NCBI GenBank assembly: GCA_047602425.1 | Contig: JASGHG010000001.1 | Coordinates: 4,864,001 to 4,928,000, forward strand | Origin: Nibricoccus sp. | Lineage (GTDB): Bacteria > Verrucomicrobiota > Verrucomicrobiia > Opitutales > Opitutaceae | Length of the DNA stretch: 64,000 nucleotides | Direction of reading: 5' to 3' | Shown here: piece by piece, positions 1-8,996 of the stretch | Layout of the letters: each line of letters begins with the position of its first letter | Position numbering within the stretch: the first letter of the stretch is position 1 | Translations under genes and position numbers: made by a program | Notes under the pieces: model-generated | Databases searched by the model: none | Told to the model about the DNA's origin: nothing | Seen by the model: the letters and a program-made list of their open reading frames with translations, nothing else

Positions 1-152
1 TCGGTGTGATCGAGCTGGGCCGGGGATTTCTCGCGGGGCTTGTGCTCAGGTTTGCGGCTCACGACGACATTGTCTCCGCTGCTGCGGAAGACGAGGTCGC
101 CAATGGCGCCGCTCATTTTTTCAACGACTGCATTCATTTTTACTTTAGCCAT
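1..152 (-). CDS. Hypothetical protein, N-terminal part only (runs off the window start)
   Basis: My translation from ATG at 152: MAKVKMNAVVEKMSGAIGDLVFRSSGDNVVVSRKPEHKPREKSPAQLDHT, open to the edge. The SGxIGDLVFR..VVSRKP pattern recalls an uncharacterised family I associate with Bacteroidetes/PVC genomes. Not in the ORF track because no stop lies in the window. Confidence 0.7.
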   Translation of the reverse strand, partial: MAKVKMNAVVEKMSGAIGDLVFRSSGDNVVVSRKPEHKPREKSPAQLDHT

Positions 153-212
153 ATGTGATGGTGGTCTCCCGGTCGTTACTGTTGCCAAAACCTCGCTCGC
201 TTCGGGCGATTT

Positions 213-267
213 CTCCTTATGGAGTGCCTATACGCTGCCTATACTGTGCCTATACGGAGGCTATAGT
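213..267. repeat. 11-bp-period imperfect tandem repeat (5 units)
   Basis: ctccttatgga / gtgcctatacg / ctgcctatact / gtgcctatacg / gaggctatagt; core gcctatac exact in three units. Confidence 0.75.
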
Positions 268-955
268 GGCCGTTTTCAGGCCCGCGCTGGCGCTCGGTGA
301 AGAGCTTCGCCGAAGCAAGTTTGGGTTGAGCTGACGCTGGATTTGCATGTGTGGTTTTAAGATGGCTCCCGCTTGGGGCACCTTCCAAACAAGGCGTTGT
401 TCAGATCGATGCCGGGTTGACCGAGACGCAGCAGAGGCACACTCCACACCCGTTTTCAACCGCCAAACCAAAACCATTCAATTGTAGTAAAAATGTAAAG
501 TCGTAAACGCCTGATGTCAGTAAAGCCTAGGCGATGCCTGATGGTTTCCCCGACAGTCGGTTCGTGGAAACGCGCAGGGCTGGAGAAGGGGCTGGGAAAG
601 CATACGTGGGGACTTAGGAGACAAGCTTAGTTTTGCTAAAGGGCCAATAGGGCTAAAATGCGGCGGCGCTTACTGCCCTACCGAACCAACGCATTGAGGT
701 CAACGCGTTCCACCTCGGAAAGGTCGGTTTCGTTATGGAAAGAGGTATATCACGCGTTGACGCCAATGCCTTGTAACCGGGAAAAACCGGCTCGGGCGGA
801 TTGCCATGAATTTCGATCCCGTGTTTGCAATCCCGTCTTTTGCTGCTCGCCCTCGCCTGCCTTATTGGCGGCCTTCGTGCCCTGAGAGACTAGCAACTGG
901 GATATTCGCAACGTCTCAGCAGAATGCGGCCATACAGTTCATCCTCCATGCAGAA

Positions 956-1063
956 GGCAGGGGCGGTCGACCGGGGCGTCCGTCGGTTTTTCCAAGGGAC
1001 GAGCATTCGATACCCCGGCGTTCCCTGACGGCGCTACAGCGACGTCAGGTGACCACCCCTGCC
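956..1063 (-). ncRNA. Candidate structured RNA (three-way junction), family unknown
   Basis: 13-bp closing stem 956-968/1051-1063 (one C-A on plus that becomes G-U on minus) enclosing stems 971-980/1009-1018 and 1024-1030/1043-1049. Confidence 0.35.
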
Positions 1064-1091
1064 AATCTAGCATCACGAACCAGTCCTCCCA

Positions 1092-1391
1092 CTACCAAGC
1101 CAAAGCATTGTGTTGGAGTTCATAGACCTCGACTCCAGGAAGTGTGAAGAGCAGTTGCTTCGATTCGATTTTCGGCGCGAGCAACTGTTCGCCTTCCGTC
1201 AGCCAGATCATTTCCCTGCCGCGCTTTCGCACTTCGAGCGCGTACAGCCGCCGGACTTTCGCCAGCTCTTCAAACGCCGTTTGAGCGGCATCGTCGTCGA
1301 GCATCGCAACCAAATCGACAAATTCTTCTGGCTCAGCCGCAGGCGCTGGCACGGCAAGAACCATCCCCCGCAAGACATATCGTGATTCCAT
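1092..1391 (-). CDS. Small hypothetical protein (~99 aa)
   Basis: ORF 1092..1442, more plausible start at MESRYVLRG (ATG 1391); protein-like helical composition; no family recognised. Confidence 0.45.
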   Translation of the reverse strand: MESRYVLRGMVLAVPAPAAEPEEFVDLVAMLDDDAAQTAFEELAKVRRLYALEVRKRGREMIWLTEGEQLLAPKIESKQLLFTLPGVEVYELQHNALAW

Positions 1392-1632
1392 GAACGGAGG
1401 AAAACATGCCGGCGTCGTCGCTGCAATACATGCGCCGGTCAATCTTTACCCTCGCCTAGGTACGCAGTTCACCTCGCGCTGGCAGCCTTCTACCGCAACT
1501 CTGGTAAAAGGTCGGCGGCAGTGGGGGAACGAACCGCGCTGTCGCGGGGTGTATTCACTATTCACAGACAGTATCCTTATTTCCAATACAACCAAAGCGT
1601 TGCCCAGCGCGACTCCTACGGCGCAGGTTTTG

Positions 1633-2232
1633 TCATTGCCAGAATTTCCACCAAGCCTTTGGTTTTTTCGGTTCGGAGGGAACATCCCAGCTCGAAAAAT
1701 CTGGACCGCGCAGGAATTCGCGCTTGTCGAGATCGAAGGCGAACGGTTCCTCCTCTCCCCCGGTGCCGACGACAGCGATTCCGGAGAGCACGCGGTCCGT
1801 CACTTTCATGTTATAGATGCCTTCGACCGAAATGCGACGACTCGTCCAGATTTCGCGGCCGTTTTCGACAATGCGCAATCGAACGTCGCCCGCGATGAAT
1901 TGGTTTTTCTTCGGATCGAAGGCGATGTCCTCCGCATAAGTGGCGACATACTGGTTGAGCACGGTTCGGCGCGTCGCATCGACAAGATAGGCGGCGCCGC
2001 CGGCGAGAACGAGGAAGCGATCGGGTTCCGCAGCCTTGGTGACGCGCATCGTCGGTGAAAAGCCACAGGCGAATTTTCCAATCCAGCCAACGACGTCGCC
2101 CTTGTCATGAAAACGCACCCAAAGCGTGTTACCACGATCCAAACCAAACGAAATCTCCTGCACGACACCCGTTGCAGGTTTCTCGTAGATAATTTCCGCC
2201 GCCTCAAGCGGCAGTAGCGATTCCCCAACCAT
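1633..2232 (-). CDS. Hypothetical protein with C-terminal KKPKAWWKFW tail
   Basis: 199-aa ORF with a strong Shine-Dalgarno (AAGGAGG-caaa-ATG); beta-rich body; aromatic/basic tail. Confidence 0.8.
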   Translation of the reverse strand: MVGESLLPLEAAEIIYEKPATGVVQEISFGLDRGNTLWVRFHDKGDVVGWIGKFACGFSPTMRVTKAAEPDRFLVLAGGAAYLVDATRRTVLNQYVATYAEDIAFDPKKNQFIAGDVRLRIVENGREIWTSRRISVEGIYNMKVTDRVLSGIAVVGTGGEEEPFAFDLDKREFLRGPDFSSWDVPSEPKKPKAWWKFWQ

Positions 2233-2517
2233 TTTGCCTCCTTTATATTTTTAAGTGATTCGAGGGTTACTCCCGTCGCTGTCTGCTATTGTGTTTCGAC
2301 TTAAGCGTCATCGTTTTTATACCGCGATCTCCGGCCGGAGCAACTCATCTGCCCGCAAATATTAAAAAATCGCAGAACGATGTTTCGAAGAGGTTACAGA
2401 CTGGGCGTGACTGGAAAACCGGAGGAGTGTCTTCACCGGATATTTCCCGGTGGCTCGATCGGAGAAATGGAGCGAGGGGATTTGAAATCGTCGATTCCCC
2501 TACCCTGGAGAAATTTT

Positions 2518-2594
2518 GGTCGACTTCTACGTCGACCGTGGGAGCGGGCGCGCTGGTTGGCGAAATAATGTCTCGGCCGACGTGGAAGTCGGCC
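2518..2594. repeat. Inverted pair of REP-like hairpins (type 1)
   Basis: ggtcgacttctacgtcgaccg (2518-2538) and cggccgacgtggaagtcggcc (2574-2594) are each hairpins and are reverse complements of each other with 3 differences. Confidence 0.7.
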
Positions 2595-2642
2595 CTCCAA
2601 TTTACTTCGTGTGGTCCAAATGCCCCGAAGCTCGCTTCGGCT

Positions 2643-2705
2643 TTGTAGGAGCGGGTTTATCCCGCGATGGTTCGGAAAAATCGCGGCGTAAAGCCGCTCC
2701 TACAA
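2643..2705. repeat. GTAG-type REP doublet (REPIN-like)
   Basis: ttGTAGgagcgggtttatcccgcgat ... atcgcggcgtaaagccgctcCTACaa: two GTAG-footed hairpins in inverted orientation. Confidence 0.8.
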
Positions 2706-2755
2706 TTTCGGCAATGCTTCGTGGCTTCGACGAGCGTGGAAGCGGCGAAATAAAC

Positions 2756-2784
2756 AAAAAGCCCGCACTGGAGTCTACGGGCTT
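2756..2784 (-). terminator. Rho-independent terminator
   Basis: Minus strand aagcccgta-gactccag-tgcgggctt followed by T-tract, 20 nt after the stop of 2805..4001. Confidence 0.75.
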
Positions 2785-2804
2785 GGGGGAAAGGCGAAGC
2801 GGGA

Positions 2805-4001
2805 TTAATTGCTCCAGAGTGCAAAGCTCATGAAGCCTCCCGGGCCGAAGGGCGCGACCAATTGGCGCCAGCGGGTGCTGCTGCTGACGTCGCCGCCTTC
2901 GATGTACGGGACAAAGGCCGAACCTTGCACCAGCAACACAAGGTCGAACTTCGGCGGATTTTGCACGAGCCGGGCAACATTGATGCCCATGCCGTTGATG
3001 ATGCGCCAGTGCGGGAGCAACTTCTTGCCGGCAAGAATCGCGTCGAGTTCGTTCAACACCGCGGTCCATCCGTCGATTTGTTCCTGTGTGATTCTGGCGC
3101 CGCGCGGTCCTTTTTGTTTTGGCGAGGGCAGCCATTCTTGATCGTCGTCGGTTTCGGCCTGAATACGCGTCCAGCAAAGGCGGCTGCACGCGATCATCGA
3201 ACGAAACTCAGCCAGCGCGCGCTTGAAGGCTTCGGCATCTTTTAGTTCGAGGCGCATGTCGTGCACGGCGGCAATCATGTCGGCCCAATCGCTCGGGCCC
3301 TGGCCTTGTCCCGAGACGGCATATTTCGCGAGAGGTGGCATCGGATTCGGCGAAGCGAAGAGTAGATACGCCATTTGGTTCCAGACCGGACTCCAGTCGT
3401 AGGCCATAAGAATTTCGAGCATGCCGGTGAGCAAGTGAGTGTAGCCTTTGAGCCAGACGGCGTCGGCGGAATCGAAGTTGACCACGATGTCTTGCTCGGA
3501 AGCGGCGTTCAATCCCATGATACGGCCAAGCGATTCGGCGAGCGGCATGCCGGGCGTGCCGGCATTATTTTCGAGGTAGGCCTGAGAGAGGTTGACCTGC
3601 ACCTTGAAGTCGGAATCGCCGACCTTGGCGAGCGTGGCGTTGGCCTTTTTTAGCGATTCACGAAGGTTGGTGAAAAGGGCGCGGACTTTTTCCGGCGTGG
3701 CGACTTCGGTCGGCGTGCCGGCCGGTTGGGTGGCGGGCAGAATGCGGAAAAACGGAAGATTGCGTCCAAGAGATTGCTTGATGCCAAGCTTGCCAGCACC
3801 GTCGCCAAACTGCTGAAGGCCCTGCAGTGTCTGCAATACCGCGAGGGAAAACCGTTCGCCGTCGTTGGCCGGCTTGGCGAAGGCATTGAGCCCGTCCTGC
3901 AATTTGCCGGAACGGAGATAGCCGTCGAGCTTGGTATCCTGAGCCTTCAAGAGCGACGTCAGCAACGCCAACGCCAGCACGAGTTTCATTAGTGATTTCA
4001 T
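2805..4001 (-). CDS. Secreted hypothetical protein
   Basis: 398-aa ORF, signal peptide MKSLMKLVLALALLTSLLKA-Q; helical; no function recognised. Confidence 0.85.
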   Translation of the reverse strand: MKSLMKLVLALALLTSLLKAQDTKLDGYLRSGKLQDGLNAFAKPANDGERFSLAVLQTLQGLQQFGDGAGKLGIKQSLGRNLPFFRILPATQPAGTPTEVATPEKVRALFTNLRESLKKANATLAKVGDSDFKVQVNLSQAYLENNAGTPGMPLAESLGRIMGLNAASEQDIVVNFDSADAVWLKGYTHLLTGMLEILMAYDWSPVWNQMAYLLFASPNPMPPLAKYAVSGQGQGPSDWADMIAAVHDMRLELKDAEAFKRALAEFRSMIACSRLCWTRIQAETDDDQEWLPSPKQKGPRGARITQEQIDGWTAVLNELDAILAGKKLLPHWRIINGMGINVARLVQNPPKFDLVLLVQGSAFVPYIEGGDVSSSTRWRQLVAPFGPGGFMSFALWSN

Positions 4002-4045
4002 GGGGTTCGTTTTGGGATTAGGAGAAAGTTTTTCGATGAGCGCCG

Positions 4046-7000
4046 TTATTTGCCGAAGAGATTGCCAAGGGGGCTGGCGGCGTTGGCGAGGAGTTTTTGG
4101 ACGAGCAGGTTCATCAGGGCCTCGGTGCCGACTTCGGAAAGCGTGCCATCGAGACGGATCGGCGCGAAAAGCGGCGTGTAGCCCAATGAATCGGAACCAG
4201 CCTGCAACATCCCCTGCTTGCCGAAGGCGTCCGCGACGTATCCGCGGGAACCCAGTTCCAGTTGGATCGTGAGCGGTTGTTTCAACAACGGCACGCCTTC
4301 CTGTTGCAGGATGGAGCCGGTGCCGGTCAGGCGCATCGTTGGCGAAATCAGCGTGAAGTCGTCGAGCGTCGTGCGCGCGGCGGTGGCCTCGTGTGTCGCA
4401 CGGACATTGAGTTGGTCGTAGGGAATCGCCACGAGAAGCCCGGCAATCTCGACCGCGGCCGCAGCGGTGGCGCCGTTTTTCTGTCCACCGGCCAAAGCGA
4501 CCACCGCACCGGTGACGGAACTCAACAGATTACCGGACTTGCCCTGAAAGCGATCCGAAAAGGCCTTCGGCAACGCGAGTCCGCGAAATACCCCGGTGCG
4601 GCTGGTGAGGTTGAGATCGGCCTTGAGTTTTTTGGTCAGCAGCGCGGCGTTGGGCGCCACGCCACTGAGATGGCCCTCGATGTCGAACTTGCCTTCAACG
4701 GTTGGCTCTTTCTGTGGGTTGGCGACGCGAAAGAAAGGAGCCGGATCGAAACTGTTCACCTTCGCATCGCCCTCGAACGCGTACGGTTCAGCCGCAGTCG
4801 CATTGAACGTCATGCGGCCATTGATGGTAGCCTCGCCGCCGGGAACGAGCACCGCCTTGATGGATTCGAGCTTGATCGCGCCAGCCTCAATTTTAAGCAA
4901 ACCGGTGACGCTGGTCTTCAAGTCGGGGGAATAAACGACCTCCTTGAGCGCGAGGTTGAGCTGGCCGGTGCAACCGTTCCAGAAAGGCAGTTTGTCGGCC
5001 ACGTGGTTGGGATTGGCGACAGATACAGGTTCGGCTTTGGCGGATTTGCCGTTGGTTTTGGCGGTGGAGGCAGGCTTTGGCTCGGACTCAAGCGAAGCAG
5101 CCAGAGCCTGCAATGGACGGAGATCCTCCACGAAGATGGCGTTGCTCACGACGTCGGCCTCGATTTCAACTGCGGGCAAAGTCTTGATGCGGGCGGCGAG
5201 CTCGATGTCGGATTTGCGGCCCGCGGCATCGAGCACGAGTGGAAGGCGGGCTTCGATGCGTCCTCCCGACTGAAGATCGAGGCGCAGACCGGCCTGAAGC
5301 TGCGGAAGTTTTTCAGCCTTTGGCGAAACGAGATCGGCAATGACCACCGTCGCGGAGAGTTGCTGCGTGGGGCCAACCTTGGCGGAAAAATCGGCTTTGA
5401 GCGCACCTTGACTGAGCAGTCCCGCGTAAGGCGCGGCGGCAGGTTGCGCGAGCAGAGCAGGCAGGTTGGCCTCGACGTTTCCGGTTGCGCTAATCAACTG
5501 CGTGGCACCGGCGGGCTGACCGGCTTTGAGGCTGGCATTCAGCAACGTCGCCGCGCCACTGCGCAGGACGATTTCGGAGAAGTCCGCCTGCCACCCCTGT
5601 TGCGTGGAGTCGGCGGCGAGTTTGACTGCCACGTCGAGCGCGCGAACGAGCGGCTTGCCCGCGCGGGAAAGATTGAGGTTGTTCAGCGTGATCGGCGCAG
5701 AAGGCCGGATCGCGAAACCTCCATTGCGGGCGCTGGCAAAAAATTCGCCGCGCACATCGTCGCCCGTCAGCGCGAGGTCCTTGACGTAAGGCTGCACCCA
5801 GGCGAGCGGCAATCCGTGAAGCGTGAGGCGCAGAAGCTCGGCCGCGGGATCGGCGACTTTCAGCGCGCGTGCGCCGACGTCGTAGTCGAATTTTTGCAAG
5901 GCTTGTACGGAGACAATGGGCTTGGCTCCGGAAATGGCCGCGGACAGGCGATCGACGCGCAGTAGGTCGCCTTTTTTGGCGAGATCGAAATCGATCTGCG
6001 TGCGAATTTTACCGATGGCGGAAAGTTCAGGACGGAAAACGGAGAGTTGTTCCACGGTGTTGTCCAACCGGCCGGCGGCGTGGATCATGGCAAAGGTTCG
6101 GTCCGCTTCGAAATAACCCTCCCCGACCACGCCGAACACCGGCAGCAGCAATCCGAGGGTAAAAGGCGCGAGATCGGTGTTGGCGACGTCGATTTTCCAT
6201 TTTCCGGCAAGCGTGGTCGCTCCGGCGGGATACGAGGCTTCGAGGCTGAAAAGGTTTTTCCACGCGTCCGCCAGCGGCGTCTGCGCGATCACGAGGTAGT
6301 TTTCGCCGGCGGCGTTGCTGTTGAGCACGATCTCGGCGTGAAGGCTGGCGCCGTTGGGGAATTTTGGGCCAAGCGCCCGGACATCGGTGACGATCGAAAC
6401 TTTTTGTAACGTGCGCGGCGTAGCCATCCGCACGGTGATCAAACTATCGACGGTCATTTCGCGGACCGGCGCGTCGGGATCGGGCAGCGTGATTTTCGAC
6501 GCATATTTAAACACGCCATCGCTACCCACACCAAGTTTTCCGCCGGAGAAAACCACGCTGGCGTGCGCCTTGGGGCGACCGGGTTGGGTGGCAAAAGTGA
6601 CATCGCCCGCCACATCGATTTCTTCGAGCGAAAAATCGACTGGAAGACTCAGGAGCTTCAGCCCGCCCTCAAAGGCGAAAGGTTGGGCCTCGGCGGGCGC
6701 GGATGATTGCGCGGGCGTTTGGGTGGACGGTGAAGTTGTGGCAGGCTTTTGTTGCGATGCTTCAGGCACGCTGAGGTCTATCGTCCAGCCGCGGGCGACG
6801 AGTTTCTTGACCTCGATTTTTTTGTTCGCGGCCGACATCAGTGGCATGTCGATCGTCAGCGAAGGCAGCTTGAGATCGAAGCCCGGCTTTGAAATGGCGA
6901 TATTGGTCAGCTCGGTCCGCTTCATGCCAGCGGACACGCGGCCTAATTCGGATTTAAGGCCGGGTTGCCCGACGAGAGCGCGCCGCGCGGCCCAGGTTTG

Positions 7001-7090
7001 CACGGAGGCGTTGAACGCCAGACCAAGCACCAAAACCAAGAGCGCTGCGACAACCGCCACGCACCACAGAATCGGACGGAGAATCTTCAT
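4046..7090 (-). CDS. AsmA-like envelope protein
   Basis: 1014 aa, single N-terminal TM anchor, long amphipathic beta-strand body, AsmA-like C-terminus (LDDFTLISPTMRLTGTGSI). Confidence 0.7.
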   Translation of the reverse strand: MKILRPILWCVAVVAALLVLVLGLAFNASVQTWAARRALVGQPGLKSELGRVSAGMKRTELTNIAISKPGFDLKLPSLTIDMPLMSAANKKIEVKKLVARGWTIDLSVPEASQQKPATTSPSTQTPAQSSAPAEAQPFAFEGGLKLLSLPVDFSLEEIDVAGDVTFATQPGRPKAHASVVFSGGKLGVGSDGVFKYASKITLPDPDAPVREMTVDSLITVRMATPRTLQKVSIVTDVRALGPKFPNGASLHAEIVLNSNAAGENYLVIAQTPLADAWKNLFSLEASYPAGATTLAGKWKIDVANTDLAPFTLGLLLPVFGVVGEGYFEADRTFAMIHAAGRLDNTVEQLSVFRPELSAIGKIRTQIDFDLAKKGDLLRVDRLSAAISGAKPIVSVQALQKFDYDVGARALKVADPAAELLRLTLHGLPLAWVQPYVKDLALTGDDVRGEFFASARNGGFAIRPSAPITLNNLNLSRAGKPLVRALDVAVKLAADSTQQGWQADFSEIVLRSGAATLLNASLKAGQPAGATQLISATGNVEANLPALLAQPAAAPYAGLLSQGALKADFSAKVGPTQQLSATVVIADLVSPKAEKLPQLQAGLRLDLQSGGRIEARLPLVLDAAGRKSDIELAARIKTLPAVEIEADVVSNAIFVEDLRPLQALAASLESEPKPASTAKTNGKSAKAEPVSVANPNHVADKLPFWNGCTGQLNLALKEVVYSPDLKTSVTGLLKIEAGAIKLESIKAVLVPGGEATINGRMTFNATAAEPYAFEGDAKVNSFDPAPFFRVANPQKEPTVEGKFDIEGHLSGVAPNAALLTKKLKADLNLTSRTGVFRGLALPKAFSDRFQGKSGNLLSSVTGAVVALAGGQKNGATAAAAVEIAGLLVAIPYDQLNVRATHEATAARTTLDDFTLISPTMRLTGTGSILQQEGVPLLKQPLTIQLELGSRGYVADAFGKQGMLQAGSDSLGYTPLFAPIRLDGTLSEVGTEALMNLLVQKLLANAASPLGNLFGK

Positions 7091-7315
7091 GTACTAGTTG
7101 GGGGACGGCGGTTAGACGCACAAAATCCCGGAATGTTGCGAAAATGCAGAAGGTTGTGCGCGACGTCGATTGATTTCCGGCTCGGCAAATCGAATTCGGC
7201 GATGAAAGGCCGCGGCGTCCTGAGCCGTTGCCCCCATGGCAAATCGTGGACGTGAGAAAATTGGCTCGACAGCACAACCTAACCGTCTGTCCTAACTTTT
7301 CTCCCGCTTGCGACT

Positions 7316-7843
7316 ATGACGGAACAAGAATCTGATGCGTCGGACTGGTATGCAGACGAAGTGCACGCGCACCGGGAGACGCTTCACCGCTGGCTGCAAG
7401 GGAAATTCTCCGCGGGTATCGATCTCGACGACATTGTCCAGGAAGCGATGACCCGCGTCTGGAACGCCCGCAGGCAAGGCTCGGTGGAATCCCCCAAGGC
7501 CCTTCTCTTCACCGTCGCGCACAACCTCGCACTGGATCGCCTGCGGCGGGAACGCATTGTTTCGTTTGAACCTATAACGGAGAACGACAACTCAACCGTC
7601 TATGCAGATGGCCGCTCGCCTGCGGAGGCCGCGGCGCACCAACAGGAGCTCAACCTTTTGACCCAGGCCATCCAATCTCTTCCCGACCGCTGCCGCCAAG
7701 TGCTCACTTTGCGGAAGATCTATGGTTTGCCCCAGAAGGAGATCGCAAAACAACTCGGCATATCCGAAAACACGGTCGAAGTTCAGGTCGCCATTGGCAT
7801 GAGGCGTTGCGCGGCTTTTCTTTCCCGCTTTAACCTTCCATAA
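7316..7843 (+). CDS. ECF sigma-70 factor, FecI-like
   Basis: DDIVQEA region 2, LFTVAHNLALDRLRR, and LPDRCRQVLTLRKIYGLPQKEIAKQLGISENTVE region 4; followed by fecR. Confidence 0.93.
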   Translation: MTEQESDASDWYADEVHAHRETLHRWLQGKFSAGIDLDDIVQEAMTRVWNARRQGSVESPKALLFTVAHNLALDRLRRERIVSFEPITENDNSTVYADGRSPAEAAAHQQELNLLTQAIQSLPDRCRQVLTLRKIYGLPQKEIAKQLGISENTVEVQVAIGMRRCAAFLSRFNLP

Positions 7844-7844
7844 A

Positions 7845-8888
7845 GTGCGCGATCCGAACCAAAACCTTCCGTTTGAGGAAACGGCCGCCGAATGGCTCGC
7901 GCGCCGCGACCGGGGCATGACCGCCGCCGAGCAAGATTCCTATCTGCAATGGTTGAGTGAGCGCCCGGAACACGGCAAGGCGATGGCCCAGATGGAAAAA
8001 AGCTGGAATGCCCTGAACAAATTGAGCGAATGGCGGCCAGCGCACAGTCCCACGCCCAACCCCGATCTGCTCGCGCCGGCCCACAAATACAATTTTCCCT
8101 GGAAACGCCTGCTGGCCGTGGCCGCAATTCTCGTCGTGGCAGCGTTCTGTTGGTTTCAGTTCCCAACCGGCCATCGTCCGAAATCGCATCAAGCCATCAT
8201 TCACCCGGGACCGGAGCGCTTGACGCTCGAAGATGGTTCGGTGGTGGAACTGAATGTCGGCGCCAAGGTCGACGTGCGGTTTACGCCGCAGGAGCGCCGG
8301 GTGCAATTGGTGCGCGGGGAGGCGCATTTCGCCGTGGCGAAGAATCCTGCCCGCCCGTTTGTGGTCAGCGCCGACAAGTTTGCCGTGCGCGCGGTGGGCA
8401 CCGCTTTCAGCGTGGCTTTGGACCACGACGCCGTCTCGGTCCTTGTTACGGAAGGCAAGGTTCGGCTCGGCGAATCGTCGCAAAGGGGACAGGTGCCCGA
8501 GGCCGAGGAAACCAGCCGCGAGCTTTCCCATTTGGTCGCAGGCCAGAAGGCCATCATCACACTTGGCGCGGCGATCCAGTCCGGCGCGGCAACGAGCGAG
8601 CAACACGTCCAGATCAGCGAAGTTACGCCGGCGGAAATGGAGCGCGCGCTTTCCTGGCAGGGCTTGCGCCTTGAATTTGTCAACATGCCGCTGGGCGACG
8701 TCGTCGCCGAATTTAATCGCTACAACGTCCATAAACTCGTCGTGGCCGATCCTGAAACCGCGGCCATCGTGGTGGGCGGAAATTTTCGCGCGGACAATAT
8801 CAACGCGTTTGTGCGTTTGCTCGACGCGGGCTTCGGCGTGAGCGCCCGAACGAGCGGAAACATTATCCTGCTGCAACGTTCGCGCTGA
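7845..8888 (+). CDS. fecR: FecR-family anti-sigma/transmembrane sensor
   Basis: AAEWLARR N-domain, one TM helix, LTLEDGSVVELN..RRVQLVRGEAHFAVAKNPARPFVV..AVGTAFSV FecR motifs. Confidence 0.93.
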   Translation: MRDPNQNLPFEETAAEWLARRDRGMTAAEQDSYLQWLSERPEHGKAMAQMEKSWNALNKLSEWRPAHSPTPNPDLLAPAHKYNFPWKRLLAVAAILVVAAFCWFQFPTGHRPKSHQAIIHPGPERLTLEDGSVVELNVGAKVDVRFTPQERRVQLVRGEAHFAVAKNPARPFVVSADKFAVRAVGTAFSVALDHDAVSVLVTEGKVRLGESSQRGQVPEAEETSRELSHLVAGQKAIITLGAAIQSGAATSEQHVQISEVTPAEMERALSWQGLRLEFVNMPLGDVVAEFNRYNVHKLVVADPETAAIVVGGNFRADNINAFVRLLDAGFGVSARTSGNIILLQRSR

Positions 8889-8996
8889 CGAATGCCCGCC
8901 GCGCCCACAGTCGCGGTGGAATGCCAAAATATTTTTAACGGAACGCATCGGGTTGTCCGTCTAAGCCAGCGACCCCCAACACAAACCTCCCTGAAA

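Noticed and set aside
500..572. Hammerhead ribozyme suggested by ctgatg..gaaa words
   Set aside because: The core is ctgatgt/ctgatgg rather than CUGANGA, and I could not build the three stems.
806..1147. 113-aa plus-strand ORF
   Set aside because: Arg/Pro-rich, no RBS, overlaps the strongly paired 956-1063 region and the end of an opposite-strand ORF; not supported as coding.
4262..5965. Long alternative-frame ORFs (also 12819..13874, 25694..27190, 59377..60678 and many shorter ones)
   Set aside because: They lie antisense to well-supported genes and are typical shadow ORFs of GC-rich DNA with no recognisable motifs.
8937..8964. ECF promoter for the TonB receptor (AAC..CGTCT or GGAAC..GTCT)
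   Set aside because: Spacing is 18 or 14 nt depending on the -35 chosen; too ambiguous to call.
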